Below are positions 1-14,771 of a stretch of DNA of 64,000 nucleotides, piece by piece. This stretch comes from Eledone cirrhosa (taxonomy: Eukaryota). Both the position numbers and the translations under genes were made by a program. The first letter of the stretch is position 1. Each line of letters opens with the position of its first letter. Under the pieces are notes generated by a model. That model searched no databases, had not been told where the DNA came from, and saw only the letters and a list, made by a program, of their open reading frames with translations. Where the stretch lies: contig OZ024744.1 of the NCBI GenBank assembly GCA_964016885.1, forward strand, positions 5,890,001 to 5,954,000, written 5' to 3'.

Positions 1-1186
1 ACTCGGCTGAAAGTAGCGACTTATACATTTTACATCACCTGAAGAACCTCTTTACTGGCCTAACCGTATGTTTATACCGAGACGACGGCCTCTTCGCCCT
101 GCACAAGGTTAACCCCAGAACCACCGATGGGTTTCGGAGAAACTTAAGCTCGTTCTTCTGTAATCTAGGATTTAGTATAACTATAGAATCTAATATGACT
201 AGGGCCAACTTCTTAGATGTCACTCTCGACCTAGATAGTTCCCTCTATTACCCGTACCACATACCTAACGAGTCCCTTAGATATATTAATGTTAATTCTA
301 ACCACCCCCAAAACATCACTGATAACTTAGTAAAAAGCGTCTCTATTAGAATCTCTGGCCTCTCTGCCAATGAAGATATTTTTAACGCCTCTGCCTCCTA
401 CTACAATGACGCCCTCGCCCGCAGCGGACTTAAAGAAAAGATAACCTACATAGAAACCACCGCAAGACTGCAGAGGAAGAATAGGCATAGGCAGATTAGC
501 TGGTACAACCCTCCCTTCAATAGAGAGGTCTCTACACCTATAGCTAGGATTTTCTTCACTTTGCTGAACACACACTTCCCCATACAACATAGGTACTACA
601 CCATCTTTAATAAGAACACAATAAGACTTTCCTACTCCACCACACTTAACCTAGCTAGGAATATAGCCAATCACAATTCTAAAAAATTAAATAAGCCAAC
701 CTGTCCCGAACCCAATCCCCGGACTGGGGCCTTGTGTAATTGCTTAAATAAGGAAGCATGCCCACTTGAAAACAAATGCTTGACAAATGATATCGTATAC
801 AAATGCGATGTCATCTCAGGCACCGATGATTGCAACAACAAAAAGACTTACATCGGCATGACCTCCAATAACTTTAAGACCCATTGGTATGCCCATACCC
901 ACTCCTTCAGAAGACCGGACAAATCAAACCAGACAACACTCGCCTCCTATGTTTGGGACCTCAAAAGTAACTCCACCCCCTTCGCGCTTAAATGGAAAAT
1001 ACTCCAGAAAGCGCGCTCTTACAACGGAGGACACAAGGGCTGCGACCTTTGTATCTCAGAGAGCTACGACATTTTATTCGCCAAGGGCTCGTTACTGAAC
1101 AAACTCTCTGAACACTGCCCGAACTGCATGCAATAGAACTTTGCAACTTTCAAATACTTTAAGCCAGTGTTAAAGCCCGATGGCTA
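1..1186 (+). mobile_element. Naiad-like Penelope-like element, RT C-terminal half + GIY-YIG endonuclease (starts before window; end disrupted)
   Basis: YRDDGL just upstream of ORF 195..1136; FLDVTLDL, SNHP, WYNPPF, CNC-x5-CPL-x3-CL, IVY...YIG, CxLC motifs. Confidence 0.9.
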
Positions 1187-1379
1187 AAAACGACTTCCTC
1201 CTTTTAGCCCCTCTACCACCCCACCCCTACCCCTCCTCAACCTGAAACACGGCCACTATGGTTAGGTGAGTACCTCTTACCCATCTGAATTTTCTGCTTG
1301 TAGAGCTGTTTTTATGTGCCTGTGTATATGCGTATATTTATGAGTACTTATTTGTATGTATTTCTATGAGTGGCCGTTT

Positions 1380-1589
1380 GTTTGTATGCATATCGCTGTG
1401 TGTAGGTGCGTTCACGTGTCTTCTTTGTGTGTATATTTATATGTATGTATATATGGTTTTGTGTATGTGTGTGTGTATATATATATATGTGTATATATAT
1501 ATATATGTATATATATGTATATGTGTATGTGTATGTTTATATATATTTTTGTATATATATATACATATGTGTGTATATGTATGTATATG

Positions 1590-1634
<45 letters not shown>
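1380..1634. repeat. (TA)n/(TG)n compound microsatellite
   Basis: Directly visible; source of spurious YIYI/VCVC ORFs. Confidence 0.95.
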
Positions 1635-1637
<3 letters not shown>

Positions 1638-2030
1638 AAAGTTCTATTTAAAATTATTGAGATACAACAAGTAAATATTTTTATAACTGAGATAAAGCAC
1701 TCGACAAATTTTTGGAGTAGATATACGATATTAATAAATGGAAACTATATTTATAAAACCATATTTATTTCATTATACATATTTCAGGGATACCACATTA
1801 AATTATGGTATGCCTTCATCAGACAAAATACAATATATAACAGTTTTACAAATAGGTTTGACGTACCCTTTAAAATACAACCATTACTTTTGGAGGCTGT
1901 CTGGATAGTGATTTGTTCATATAATAAGTCATAGTGTTAAGCACAATTAGAAAAAGACGGAGAGAAAGAAAGAAAGAGAAAAGAACAAAGACAGAGAGAG
2001 AGAAAGAAAAGAGAAAGAAACGACCTTATA
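1635..2030 (-). repeat. Inverted pseudo-LTR of the downstream Naiad-like element, with an HHR-like motif at ~1766-1830
   Basis: Reverse complement of ~5215-5512 and homologous to 29400-29660; minus strand reads CTGATGA-AGG-cataccata..tgtggtat-CCCT-GAAA. Confidence 0.85.
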
Positions 2031-5000
2031 TTGAAAGAACTAAGGAAAAAGTACAAGGTAACAAGTAAGGATGAACTGGAAAAACTTAATACAGATGCAT
2101 CTTGTATAATGCATGAATTAGACATTGAGAATAAAACACAACCCTTCATGCCTAGAAAACCCAAGATCAATATGAAGGATCACAAAAGAAACTTTGAAAA
2201 TGATTTACCAGTCAGATTAATTGCACCATCCAAATCTGACCTGGGAAAACTTAGCAAAAATTTTCTAGACAGGGTAATACAACAAATTATAAACTGACCT
2301 AATTTATCTTACTTAAATTTATGGAAAGGGACTAGTGAGGTTATTGATTGGTTTAAAGAAATTAAATATAACTGTAATAATAAGTTTATTCAGCTGGATA
2401 TTGCTAACTACTATTCATCTATCACTCCTAATCTATTGTATAAGGCACTAAATTACGTATTTAAACATACTGACCTAACTAGCAATGAAATGCACATTAT
2501 ATTATCGGCAAGGAAAACATTGATAGAATTTAATAACCAACTCTGGACTAGGGCAGATAGAAATAATAATTTCGACATAACTATGGGATCATCAGACTCA
2601 GCTCAGGTAACGGACCTTGTGGGCCTATTTATAATTAATTCGCTACATAGAAAAATACCAGGTGTAACCGGAGGTTTATATCGTGATGACATGCTTTTAC
2701 TTATAGAAGATAATAGCTGTGAACTAAATAGAAAAAGAAAACAAATTATACAATTTTTTAATTACCTTAATCTAAAAATAGAAATAGAGAATAACCATAG
2801 AATAGTCAATTTTCTTGATGCAACACTAAACCTCAACACATGTCTTCATTATCTATTTCACAAACTAAATGAGAACTTGAATGATGTCAACTTTAACTCT
2901 AATCACCCCAGATCTGTTAAAAGTACTATAGTGAACTCTGTTCAAGAACGAATTTGAAGAATTTCATCTAATAAAAATATATTTGAGGAAAAAGCGCAGT
3001 ATTACAACGAAGCATTAGCTAGAGCTGGATATAGAAATAAAATGAAATACATCGATAATAATAATAATAAGCAAACTAACCAAAATAATAACAATTTCAA
3101 TTACGGTAACAACTTTAACTATAATAGAAATCATTACAATAATTCCAAAAGCCGAAAAAGAAATAGAACTAGAAATATATTATGGTTTGCTCCCCCTTTC
3201 TCACTAAATATTAAAACCCCTATTGCTAAACTATTCTTTAAAGCTCTTGACACACGCTTCCCTAGAACACATAAATATCACTCAATTTTTAATAGACACA
3301 CTATAAAATTAACTTACTCGTCCACCAAAAACTTAGCACAAAATATTAATAGAATTAATAATAGGAATTTAAAACCTAACCAAAATACCAATAATAACCC
3401 AAACAATATTCAATTAAATAACTGTAACTGTAGAAATAAATCTAACTGTCCGTTAAGTAACAACTGCTTAGCTAAAAATGTAGTGTACAATTGTAATGTT
3501 AAAACTAATTTAAATTCATTTAACTATGTTGGTTCCACCTCTACAGAATTTAAATTTCGCTTCAATAATCATAAGAATTCTTTCACAGATCCAAACAAAA
3601 AATCTTCAACTTCGCTATCTAGCCTACTATGGGACCTAAAACGAGATAATATAAAATATTCGATGAATTGGAATATTATCTCATAGGGTACTCCTTTTAA
3701 TTCCTCTTCACAAAATTGTGATCTTTGTAGTGAAGAAATATTCTTTATATTAAAGTCCAAAAATTCCCTTAATCTGAGGAACAATTTATTCAGTTGCTGC
3801 AGACATAGATTGAACTCAACGTTTAAATATAAATATAAATTTAAAATGTAGTATAATTAATTAAGTAATTTTAGTTAATATATAGAACCTGTCGATAATC
3901 CATTAGATTCCTTCACCTTTTTCTTTTTAAACTTTCTTCCTAAATATAAACATGGATATAATAAACTACTCTAAAATGTCTATGCTTCCAATGTATTAAA
4001 TAAAATGTACGTAAGGTAAATTTCTATCTTAAATATAAGGTTATCTGTAGAATCATTGGGTTTTTAATGTTTTTAAATCTTTTAAATTATTTTTATTTGT
4101 TTTGATTATGATAGCTTCTCATAACTTTCACAAGTCTACCCTCTCAATATCTTGATTGAGATATACGTAGGATAAATTTCTATACTAAATATATAAAACA
4201 TATTATTTTAACTTAAGATACTCTATAGTGTTTTAATGATATTTAATGCTTTGATATTTCTATATTTCTTTTGACTATATAGTTGCATTTTAAATTTGTA
4301 TTGTTATGGTTATATTTACAAATTATAACCCTTTGGTAATTTATTGATATTGGATTATCTCTATACAAATGCATATGTGTGTATTAACATGCATAGAAAG
4401 TGTTATAGATGTTTTGTGTTTGTATATGTGTCTGTATATATACATGAGTGATGCATGAGGACGCACGCAAATACTTATTATACATATGTATGTGTATATA
4501 TGTGTGTGTATATATCTATGTGGTTGAGAGGTATGTTGCAGATGTGCATAATATTAAACACATGAATGGTAATCGTATATATGAAGACATGATTGTTAAT
4601 CGTATATATTTGTATATATATACTGTGAAATTTTTATAACACAATGAGTGTATAGCAGTGATTAAGGGAAATCATTTACGTTTTGTATGGCTATATTGTT
4701 GGCTTGAGTAAACATAATTTCTATTTTCAGGACGCGCGTATCTATATGTATGTATATATACATATATATTTGTATGTCTTTGCATAAAATACTAATCTCT
4801 ATACCAAGGGTACATTTTGAACTCAGATTTTGGTATATTGATCTCAAGTTTCTAAACTAAACATATAGTCATTATTGAACAATGTTTAATTTCTCATATT
4901 ATATATCTATGTCCCATTCATGAATATTGATACTTATATTTATATTTTTATTATTCATTTCATATAAATTGTTAACTTAACTTAATATGACATGACGTAA

Positions 5001-5512
5001 AGTTGTCACTGTCCCCTTCTCTCTATATAGTATTTCTCTCTCTTGAGTTTCTCTTTCTGTATGATGACTTGATATCTCTCTGTTGCTTTCCTTTGTTTTT
5101 CTTATTCCTTTGTTTTTTTTATTCCTTCCTTTTCTTTCTTTTTTATTTCCTCCTATATTTATCTATCTCTTTCTTTTCTCCATACTTTTCTCTCTCTCTC
5201 CGATATTTCTCCAGGTTTTCTTTCTCTTTTCTTTCTCTCTCTCTCTCTCTGTCTTTGTTCTTTTCTCTTTCTTTCTCTCCGTCTTTTTCTAATTGTGCTT
5301 AACACTATGACTTATTATATGAACAAATCACTATCCAGACAGCCTCCAAAAGTAATGGTTGTATTTTAAATGGTACGTCAAACCTATTTGTAAAACTGTT
5401 ATATATTGTATTTTGTCTGATGAAGGCTTACCATAATTTAATGTGGTATCCCTGAAATATGTATAATGAAATAAATATGGTTTTATAAATATAGTTTCCA
5501 TTTATTAATATC
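2031..5512 (+). mobile_element. 5'-truncated Naiad-like PLE; decayed RT-GIY-YIG ORF 2031-3851 and ~1.6-kb 3' UTR/pLTR
   Basis: ORFs 2031, 2436 and 3042 share one frame, split by TGA/TGA/TAG; KDHK..RLIAPSKS, FDITMGSSD, YRDD, WFAPP, CNC..CPL, VVY..YVG; ends in (TA)n. Confidence 0.9.
5409..5472 (+). ncRNA. Hammerhead-like motif in the Naiad pLTR (stems I/III weak)
   Basis: CTGATGA-AGG[hairpin taccata/tgtggta]CCT-GAAA followed by AATAAA; homologs at 1766-1830(-) and 29465-29530(+, CTGAAGA). Confidence 0.6.
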
Positions 5513-5513
5513 G

Positions 5514-5544
<31 letters not shown>

Positions 5545-5551
<7 letters not shown>

Positions 5552-5836
5552 GATAAATGTTTGAATTTGTAAAGCCAAACAATGCAGGTATGGACATAGA
5601 ATAAAAATGCAAATGCAAAAGATATTGTTGACAATTAGTCTTTTACCTTAGATTTATTTAAATGTCCTTAATTTTCGAGATAATATCTCTTCTTGGGAGG
5701 GAAGTAAAGCGGTTAAACCAGTGTTTTAAATAGCTTGCCAAGTCATGCTGACAGGAAGTGGTATAGAGTAGTCTCCCTTTAAAAGTTTTTTTGTACATGT
5801 CTGTTTAAATGTGTGGGAGAATGGGTGAATGTGTAA

Positions 5837-5913
<77 letters not shown>

Positions 5914-6790
5914 GATATGTCTATACGTAAATGTGAGGGATAGATGTTCTCTCGTGTTAGAACTGGTTTTTGTGTGTGTATGTGTGTGTGTGAGAGAGAA
6001 TAAGTGGAGGTGTAAGCGTGTGTGTGTATGTGTGTGTGCGTACGTGTGTGTGTGAGGTGTAAGTATGGGGCTAGATGCTCTATCAAGTTATAAATTGGGT
6101 GTTGAGTTCTAGTCTATTATTGATTAGTGGTTGTGTTTTGTCTATAATTAGTGCTTCCTTAATTCTAAGATTGCCGAGGTTTCTTTCCTTAGTTTCTATC
6201 CTAACTGTTATGGTTTTGTCGGTGTTTTTACATTTCACCAGGTGTTTCTTAAATGAGGAAGCGTTAATATTGAGGTGTTCTTTTATTCTTATATGGAGTG
6301 GTCTGGTGGTGCTACCTACGTAGAAGTTGCTGCATTTGTCACACTCTAGTCTGTATACGACGTAAGCCTGGTGGCATAGGTCTGTGTCGTTGATGGGGCA
6401 GTTGGCTAGCCTGCAGCGGTTGTCATGTCTGGTGGAGTGTCTTTTGGTTAGCTGTCCGCGTAGAGAAGGTCCTGAGTGGGCCAGTTGGATATCTAGTCCC
6501 TCTCGTCTGATAGCTCTGCGGATGGCTGTTGTTGTTTCGTCACTGAAGTGTGGGAGCTTCAGGAAGCAAGTGTTAGTGCCTCGGGTGTGGTGTCCTCTGT
6601 TCTTTCTGCCACGGTTTGTGGTGGATGTCGTGTATCCGTTCAGATTGAGTACTTCCAGTAAATGTGTGGTATGTGTGTCTTGGTCTCTAGCGTCGGTGCA
6701 TTTGTTCCGGACACGTGTTAGTTCGTTCCTTATGTATCCGAACTTAGTGCCGGCTGGGAGGGCCGATCTGAAATGTACGAATGTAGAAGC
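5545..6790 (-). mobile_element. 3' fragment of a Penelope/Poseidon-like PLE (GIY-YIG), with (CA)n in its 3' UTR
   Basis: Minus strand encodes CRLANCP..C..VVYRLECDKC..YVGSTTRPLHIRIKEH; near-identical to 58675-59215. Confidence 0.8.
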
Positions 6791-8395
6791 AGGTGTGGAT
6801 GTTGTCCTTTTTTAACACAGAGATGTTCTGGAGGATGGTATCTAAAGTCCTTCGTACTGAGTTTTAGGGCACGTTGGATTCCATTGTCAATTAGTGATGC
6901 AGGGTAGTCCCTGCCTATGTGTGTGTCCTTTAGTTCTTGTAGCCGTAAGTAACAGGTGTTTTTATTGGAGACTATAGTACAGATTCTCTTGGCTAAGTTG
7001 TAGGGAATATTAATTTTAACGTGTCTAGGGTGGCAAGAGTTGAAAGGAAGATATTGCTTGGAGTCTGTGGGCTTGTAGTATATGTCTGTTTCTATTTTTT
7101 TGTTATGAATCTTAATGAGGATGTCGAGGAAGGGGAGTTGCTGATGGCTGTATTCCATCGTAAAGTTAATATTCGTGTTGAGCCCATTTATAAGGGTGTG
7201 AAATTCTTTAAGTTTCTCGATGTTTTCGTGCCAAAGGATGAAGCAGTCATCTAGATATCGCTTCCAGTTCTTTTCTATATGTAAGTGGAGAGTGTTTCCA
7301 AATTTGTTTAGTACTTTAGTGTAGAGGGTGATTTCCAGGTATCCCATGACTAGGTTGGCATAAGTGGGGGCTGTTTTCGTTCCCATAGCGGTCCCAGATG
7401 TCTGCCTGTTGGATTTGTTATTGAAAACGAAGTAATTGTTCTCCAAGATAAATTTCAGTCCCTCTATCACGAATTCTTTTTTGATGCGTTGTGGGTGTTT
7501 ATTGTGGTAATTATCCAACCAGAATTGGATAGCTTCTATTCCTAGGTTGTGGGGGATGTTGGAGTATAGGTTGACTACATCGAACGTCACTAGTATGGTT
7601 TGTTCAGAAAGGGCATATTAGTGAGGTGATTGAGCATATCTAGGTTGTCCTTTATATAGCTTTTGATGTGTTTGGGAAAAGGCTTGAGAAGGGTATCAAT
7701 GAAGTTGCTAAGGCGGTGGGTTTCGCAAGCGGGGCCTGCTATTATACATCTTAATTTGAGATCATTGGGTGAGGGGACATTAATGACTATGTCTGTGGCT
7801 TCTTTGCATGCCTTACTTATTAATTCGTTTTTATGTACTTTAGGGATACCGTAGAAAAGGCTGGATTTACTTGTGAAGTCTGTGATGAAGCTGAATTCCT
7901 TATTAGTGAGTCCTTCTTTGTATTGGTTGATCAGAGTTTTTAGGTTTCTCATAATTTTCTGTTGATTGTAGTGTTCAGCCTTTTCGTAGTATGTTTCGTT
8001 TTCCAAAGTGGAGAGCGCTAAGTTGATATAGAATTCTGTCTCTATTAGGACTACTGTACTCCATTTATCATTTTTACTACTCCCTCTATAATTGTAATAG
8101 TTCTGTCGGTTTTTAATCTATTTAATTCTTCCCATTCTTTCTTGTTGAGCTTTGGCTTGTGTTTTTGTCTGTGCAAGTGTTGGTAAGGGAAGTTTGTGAT
8201 GCGTTCGCAGAATTCGTCCAGGATTTTATTTCTACCTTTTAATGGGGTGTAGTTGCTTCTATTTCTGGCTAATTTTGTACTGGTCGAATAGTTCTTCACT
8301 GAGTCGTAACTTTCTACAGAAGTCTGTGACGTCTTCCTTCATTTCATAGTAGTTAGGACGTAGTGGGGTCGGTGTGAATTTAAGACCTTTGGAGT
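6790..8395 (-). pseudogene. Inverted partial copy of the Neptune-like RT (5' inversion of the 8.4-14.4 kb element)
   Basis: ORFs 6730-7590, 7590-8006 and 8051-8299 are near-identical to 10980-12590, with frameshifts. Confidence 0.9.
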
Positions 8396-8399
8396 GTAA

Positions 8400-9510
<1,111 letters not shown>

Positions 9511-9533
9511 TATCCTCACACGAGATACAGAAA

Positions 9534-10842
9534 ATGCCAACAAAAACAGATAAAACTCTTATCAACACAAATGAAGAGATCCTACAGGAACTCAAGAAAA
9601 TTAACACCAACCTATCTGTGCTAGTCGACAAACTTGACTCCACAAATGAGGAAACCGTCACCCGATACAAACCCTCCGAAATCGGCGATAAACTTCAAAA
9701 CCTTTGCGATACTATCCAAACTATGTTCACTACTACCAACCCAGGAAAAACCAACGAAGAACCATGTGAGACTGATTCATACAAAATGAAAATTCGAACA
9801 ATCCCAAAATGGAACAAATCCCTCAGAGACAGAAAGTTCTCCTTCTGGAAGATGATACAAAATCACAACAAAGCGGAGATATATGAAAAATGGCTTAACT
9901 CAACCCCTCTAACTCTCCTCCGTAAAATACAAATAAAGTCCATTCCAAATGAACCCGAACCTCAAGGACACCTTAGGGAAAGAATGGCATTGGAAAAAAT
10001 GAAGACAGAAATTGAACTTCTTAAATTGAGGGCCCAGACAAATGAGGAAAAAATCAAAGCCATCGATGAAGAGATCCTCCTGGAAATCAACAATAAGCCT
10101 GAAGGCCCCAATGTAGAGAAGATCTCTAAATTATGGAAAGGGGACTGCAACAGAGAAGAACTGAAATCCCTTCAACGCTGGGAAATAAGTGCCGCTTGGT
10201 TCCTACACTATGAATCGACTTTTCAAACGGATTACACCTCCAATAACCCGTTCATAAAAATAGGAAAACCCATAACCGAACCGCACAACAACTTCGCAAA
10301 CCCCCAGCTACTAACAAAAGAAGAAGGAAGCACCACACCGAAGATGAACTTCCCAACCTCGCTTCCATAAGAAGGAACAAAAACCCTAGAAATCATCACC
10401 TCCAGAATGACATTTACAACTTCCCCCCTTCAAGGAGACACCATACCAAATCACTCAACTACTACGCGGATGCTTCATCGTCAAACATAGGGAAAAGATA
10501 CCACCACCATGATAGATGTAACAACTTCCCCGCTTCAAGGGGACAGCAAGGTAATTTCCATTTTCTCAACTCTCGCTTCCACAATACATAACAAACCCAC
10601 ACCACACAATACAACCACAACGTAGGCCACCTATAACACCACAATCTAACATGGCACATAGAAACACACATCCATACTCGCAATACAGGAACACCCCATT
10701 CAATCCACAACCACGAACCCGAACCACATTTTACAACATCAAGGAATATAACAAACACAGGGGACCACTTAACATCAGCAGACAACCCCTCTACCCCAAC
10801 CATTTTTTAGACACAGCACACAGATACAGGCAAACAAAATAA
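9534..10842 (+). CDS. ORF1 of the Neptune-like PLE: coiled-coil N-terminal part, His/Asn/Arg-rich tail; two apparent frameshifts after ~10320
   Basis: ATG 9534 opens 278 codons with heptad-like runs (EEILQELKKINTNLSVLVDKL; LEKMKTEIELLKLRAQTNEEKIKAIDEEI); long open stretches continue in other frames to ...HFLDTAHRYRQTK* at 10842. Confidence 0.65.
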
Positions 10843-13127
10843 CACAAGACAGGGAGGGGAAACCGAGAGTAATAAAAATTATCAATCTAACTAGTGCAGA
10901 ACCAACACTCAACCTTATCAACTTACTCGCCAAAGGTTTTAAATTCACACCGACCCCACTACGTCCTAACTACTATGAAATGAAGGAAGACATCACAGAC
11001 TTCTGTAGAAAGTTACGACTCAGTGAAGAACTATTCGACCAGTACAATGAGGATGAATCATTAGCCAGAAATAGAAGCAACTACACTCCATCAAAAGGTA
11101 GAAATAAAATCCTGGACGAATTATGTGAACACATCACAAACTTCCCTTACCAACACTTGCACAGACAAAAACACAAGCCAAACTTCAACAAGAAAGAATG
11201 GGAACAATTAAATAGATTAAAAACCGACAGAACTATTACAATTAAAGAGGCTGATAAAGGGAGTACAGTAGTCCTAATAGAGACAGAATTCTATATCAAC
11301 TTAGCGCTGTCCACTTTGGAAAACGAAACATACTACGAAAAGGCTGAACACTACAATCAACAGAAAATTATGAGAAATCTAAAAACTCTGATCAACCAAT
11401 ACAAAGAAGGACTCACTAACAAGGAATTCAGCTTCATCACAGACTTCACAAGTAAATCCAGCTTTTTCTACGGTATCCCTAAAGTACATAAAAGCGAATT
11501 AATAAGTAAGGCATGCAAAGAAGCTACAGACATAGTCATCAATGTCCCCTCACTCAATGATCTCAAATTAAGACCTATAATAGCAGGCCCCGCTTGCGAA
11601 ACCCACCGCCTTAGCAACTTCATTGATACCCTTCTCAAGCCTTTTCTCAAACACATCAAAAGCTATATAAGGGACAACCTAGATATGCTCAATCACATCA
11701 CTAATATGGCCCTTTCTGAACAAACCATACTAGTGACGTTCGATGTAGTCAACCTATACTCCAACATCCCCCACAACCTAGGAATAGAAGCTATCCAATT
11801 CTGGTTGGATAATTACCACAATGAACTCCCACAACGCATCAAAAAAGAATTCGTGATAGAGGGACTGAAATTTATCTTGGAGAACAATTACTTCGTTTTC
11901 AATAACAAATCCAACAGGCAGACATCTGGGACCGCTATGGGAACGAAAACAGCCCCCACTTATGCCAACCTAGTCATGGGATACCTGGAAATCACCCTCT
12001 ACACTAAAGTACTAAACAAATTTGGAAACACTCTCCACTTACATATAGAAAAGAACTGGAAGCGATATCTAGATGACTGCTTCATCCCTTGGCACGAAAA
12101 CATCGAGAAACTTAAAGAATTTCACACCCTTATAAATGGGCTCAACACGAATATTAACTTTACGATGGAATACAGCCAACAGCAACTCCCCTTCCGCGAC
12201 ATCCTCATTAAGATTCATAACAAAAAAATAGAAACAGACATATACTACAAGCCCACAGACTCCAAGCAATATCTTCCTTTCAACTCTTGCCACCCTAGAC
12301 ACGTTAAAATTAATATTCCCTACAACTTAGCCAAGAGAATCTGTACTATAGTCTCCAATAAAAACACCTGTTACTTACGGCTACAAGATCTAAAGGACAC
12401 ACACATAGGCAGGGACTGCCCTGCATCACTAATTGACAATGGAATCCAACGTGCCCTAAAACTTAGTACCCAGGACCTTAGACACCCTAAAGTAAATCAA
12501 CCGAAACTAAAAGCTCTTCCATACATCTCCACACACAACCCCCTCAACAATGAGGCCTTTGACACCATCCTCCAGAACATCCCTGCGTTAAAAAAGGACC
12601 ATGGAATGAACCAAATCCTTCGAACACACGATATCATAAAGAGCAAAAGACAATCTATGTCAGTGAAAAACATCCTAACACATGCCAAAGTACTGCCAAC
12701 CACAACAACGAAACCCACAGTAAAAAAATGCGATAGACCCAACAGTGGCATATGCATCGACCTAATAGAGGGTTCGGAATTCTATTTCAAAGAAGGACAA
12801 CGTTTTATAGTAAAACACAATTTCACATGCGCATCAGAAAATCTAATATATGTATTAACTTGCTCAGGTTGTCTAGAACAATACATAGGCCAGATTAAAA
12901 ACAGCCTACGCCAACGCATGACTGTCCATACATCGCAAATAAAAATATAGGAATACAGAAAAATACCACTGAGTGAACACATTGATACCTGTGCCGCCCA
13001 AAATCATCCCAACTTTAGAATCTTTCCCCTCTACAAATTTAAAGATAATGCCACCCACACCCAGCGCATCAGCAAGGAATCTTACTTTATTAACAAATAC
13101 GGACCCCGTCTAAACACTTCTCCCTAA
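10803..13127 (+). CDS. Neptune-like PLE reverse transcriptase + Cys-rich linker + GIY-YIG endonuclease (premature TAG at 12948)
   Basis: IINL..LLAKGFKFTPTP, ADKG, YGIPKVHK, RPIIA, FDVVNLY, GTAMG, RYLDD, YYKPT, FTC..NLIY..C..C..YIGQ..LRQR..H. Confidence 0.93.
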
Positions 13128-13383
13128 GACGAACCCACAACATATACACGTCAACATACATACCTACATCAGCATACGTCCTACATACATTTCTATCCAC
13201 ATATAAACACAATGACATACGTAAACACACATGTTCTATGGTGCAACACAAATATACACAAATTTGCATATCTTTTGATATAAACCTTTCGACACACACA
13301 CATACATATACGCACACATGCATTGCACACTGATGGGCACATACATATGTGTGCACAAGTATTCCAATACGGCAAGGCCTAAT

Positions 13384-14400
13384 GGATTCCCCTTGCAGTA
13401 CGTACAATCTGGACACTCACACACACATTGGTATTATGCCAATACTATATATCATTTCACACCTTTTATTATTAATGTTTTTGATGTTCGTTTGAGAGAA
13501 TCGTTTTTGCAAATTACTGAAAATATTGAATAATGTACACCATTTTTACCAGTATCACAAAAATACTGGTCCATCCATCCACACACACACACACACACAC
13601 ATACACACACACATACACACGCGTACACTAACATACAAACAGACATACCCACACACACACTTCTCCGTATAAGACAAGAGCTGAAAAATATCTTTCAACA
13701 TGTTAAAATATCCCCCACACACGTACAGACACATTCCTACTGACCGAATCCCTCTACCACGAACCACTCTGCTACACACACACAGACACACACATATTTG
13801 TCTTAATAGGCACCTGAACTGTTGACCTTTCAACATGACTGCAATTCACACACACATCCCTACTGACCATTATCACAACAATGAACCTCTTTACTACACA
13901 CACACATATATTTGTCTTAAAATACTTATTTATCAGTGACTTCTCAATCAGGCGAAAAAGGACACTCTTCGACAAACCTACATTTGGTGCAAAATCAATT
14001 TTTACCATTCACTTGACCAATCAAAATTGTTTTGACTACAAGAATTTTTGCAACACGAATTGGCGCGAAACTTATAGTACTCATTCACGTGACATTCAAC
14101 AACCAACCAAATCTTAATACCTCTGGAGCCACTTTTTTCACATAAAACAGGTAGAATTTCTAAAACTGATCAGATTAGAGCAAACATCACGGGCGCTCTA
14201 TCTCAAAATTATTTTTGAAAAGCATTAGAAATGCGGAACCGGTAAAAAGTTAAAACTAAAACTGAATACTAACCAATACTTATTACTAATTTATACTTAT
14301 TCCTAATTAAACTATTTTTCACTGGGAAAAATTTGTTAGCATTTTCTTTTCCTGTTACTAATATATCACAACTCGTGTGTTACACCTCTATTTTTTTAAA
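13384..14400 (+). repeat. 3' pseudo-LTR of the Neptune-like PLE, ending in (TA)n; decayed HHR at 14211-14249
   Basis: Direct repeat of 8400-9510. Confidence 0.92.
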
Positions 14401-14771
14401 TATATATATATATACATTTTCTGCTACTAGAATTAATCCATAGATTTAATCCTATATCTCATCCCTATAACTGTTTTAAGTAATTAACTATAATTAGCAC
14501 TATATATTACATTATTTTCAATAATCTAACACAATTTTTAACCAATATCCTTTTAAACCTCCTTTTTTTAAAAAACAAAAACAGATTATTAATGTAGATT
14601 CTTATTCGAAAATATAATTCCCTACAGGGAAAACTTCATTCTAACCACTCTAACACAATACAATACTTACGTAAACTTTAGTACTTTCTTACCTATATAA
14701 TATTTTATCTATATTATATCTAAATTTCATTTCCATTAGTTTTCATTTATATTCCTCAACTTATTATATTA

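Noticed and set aside
2295-2957. Two in-frame TGA codons in a Naiad ORF as possible selenocysteines
   Set aside because: They fall at non-Cys positions (a variable site, and the Ser of RIS), the same frame also has a TAG at 3684, and no SECIS was recognised; more likely decay
10803-13127. Telomerase or bacterial retron/group II intron RT
   Set aside because: C-terminal GIY-YIG, pLTRs and HHRs identify it as a Penelope-like element
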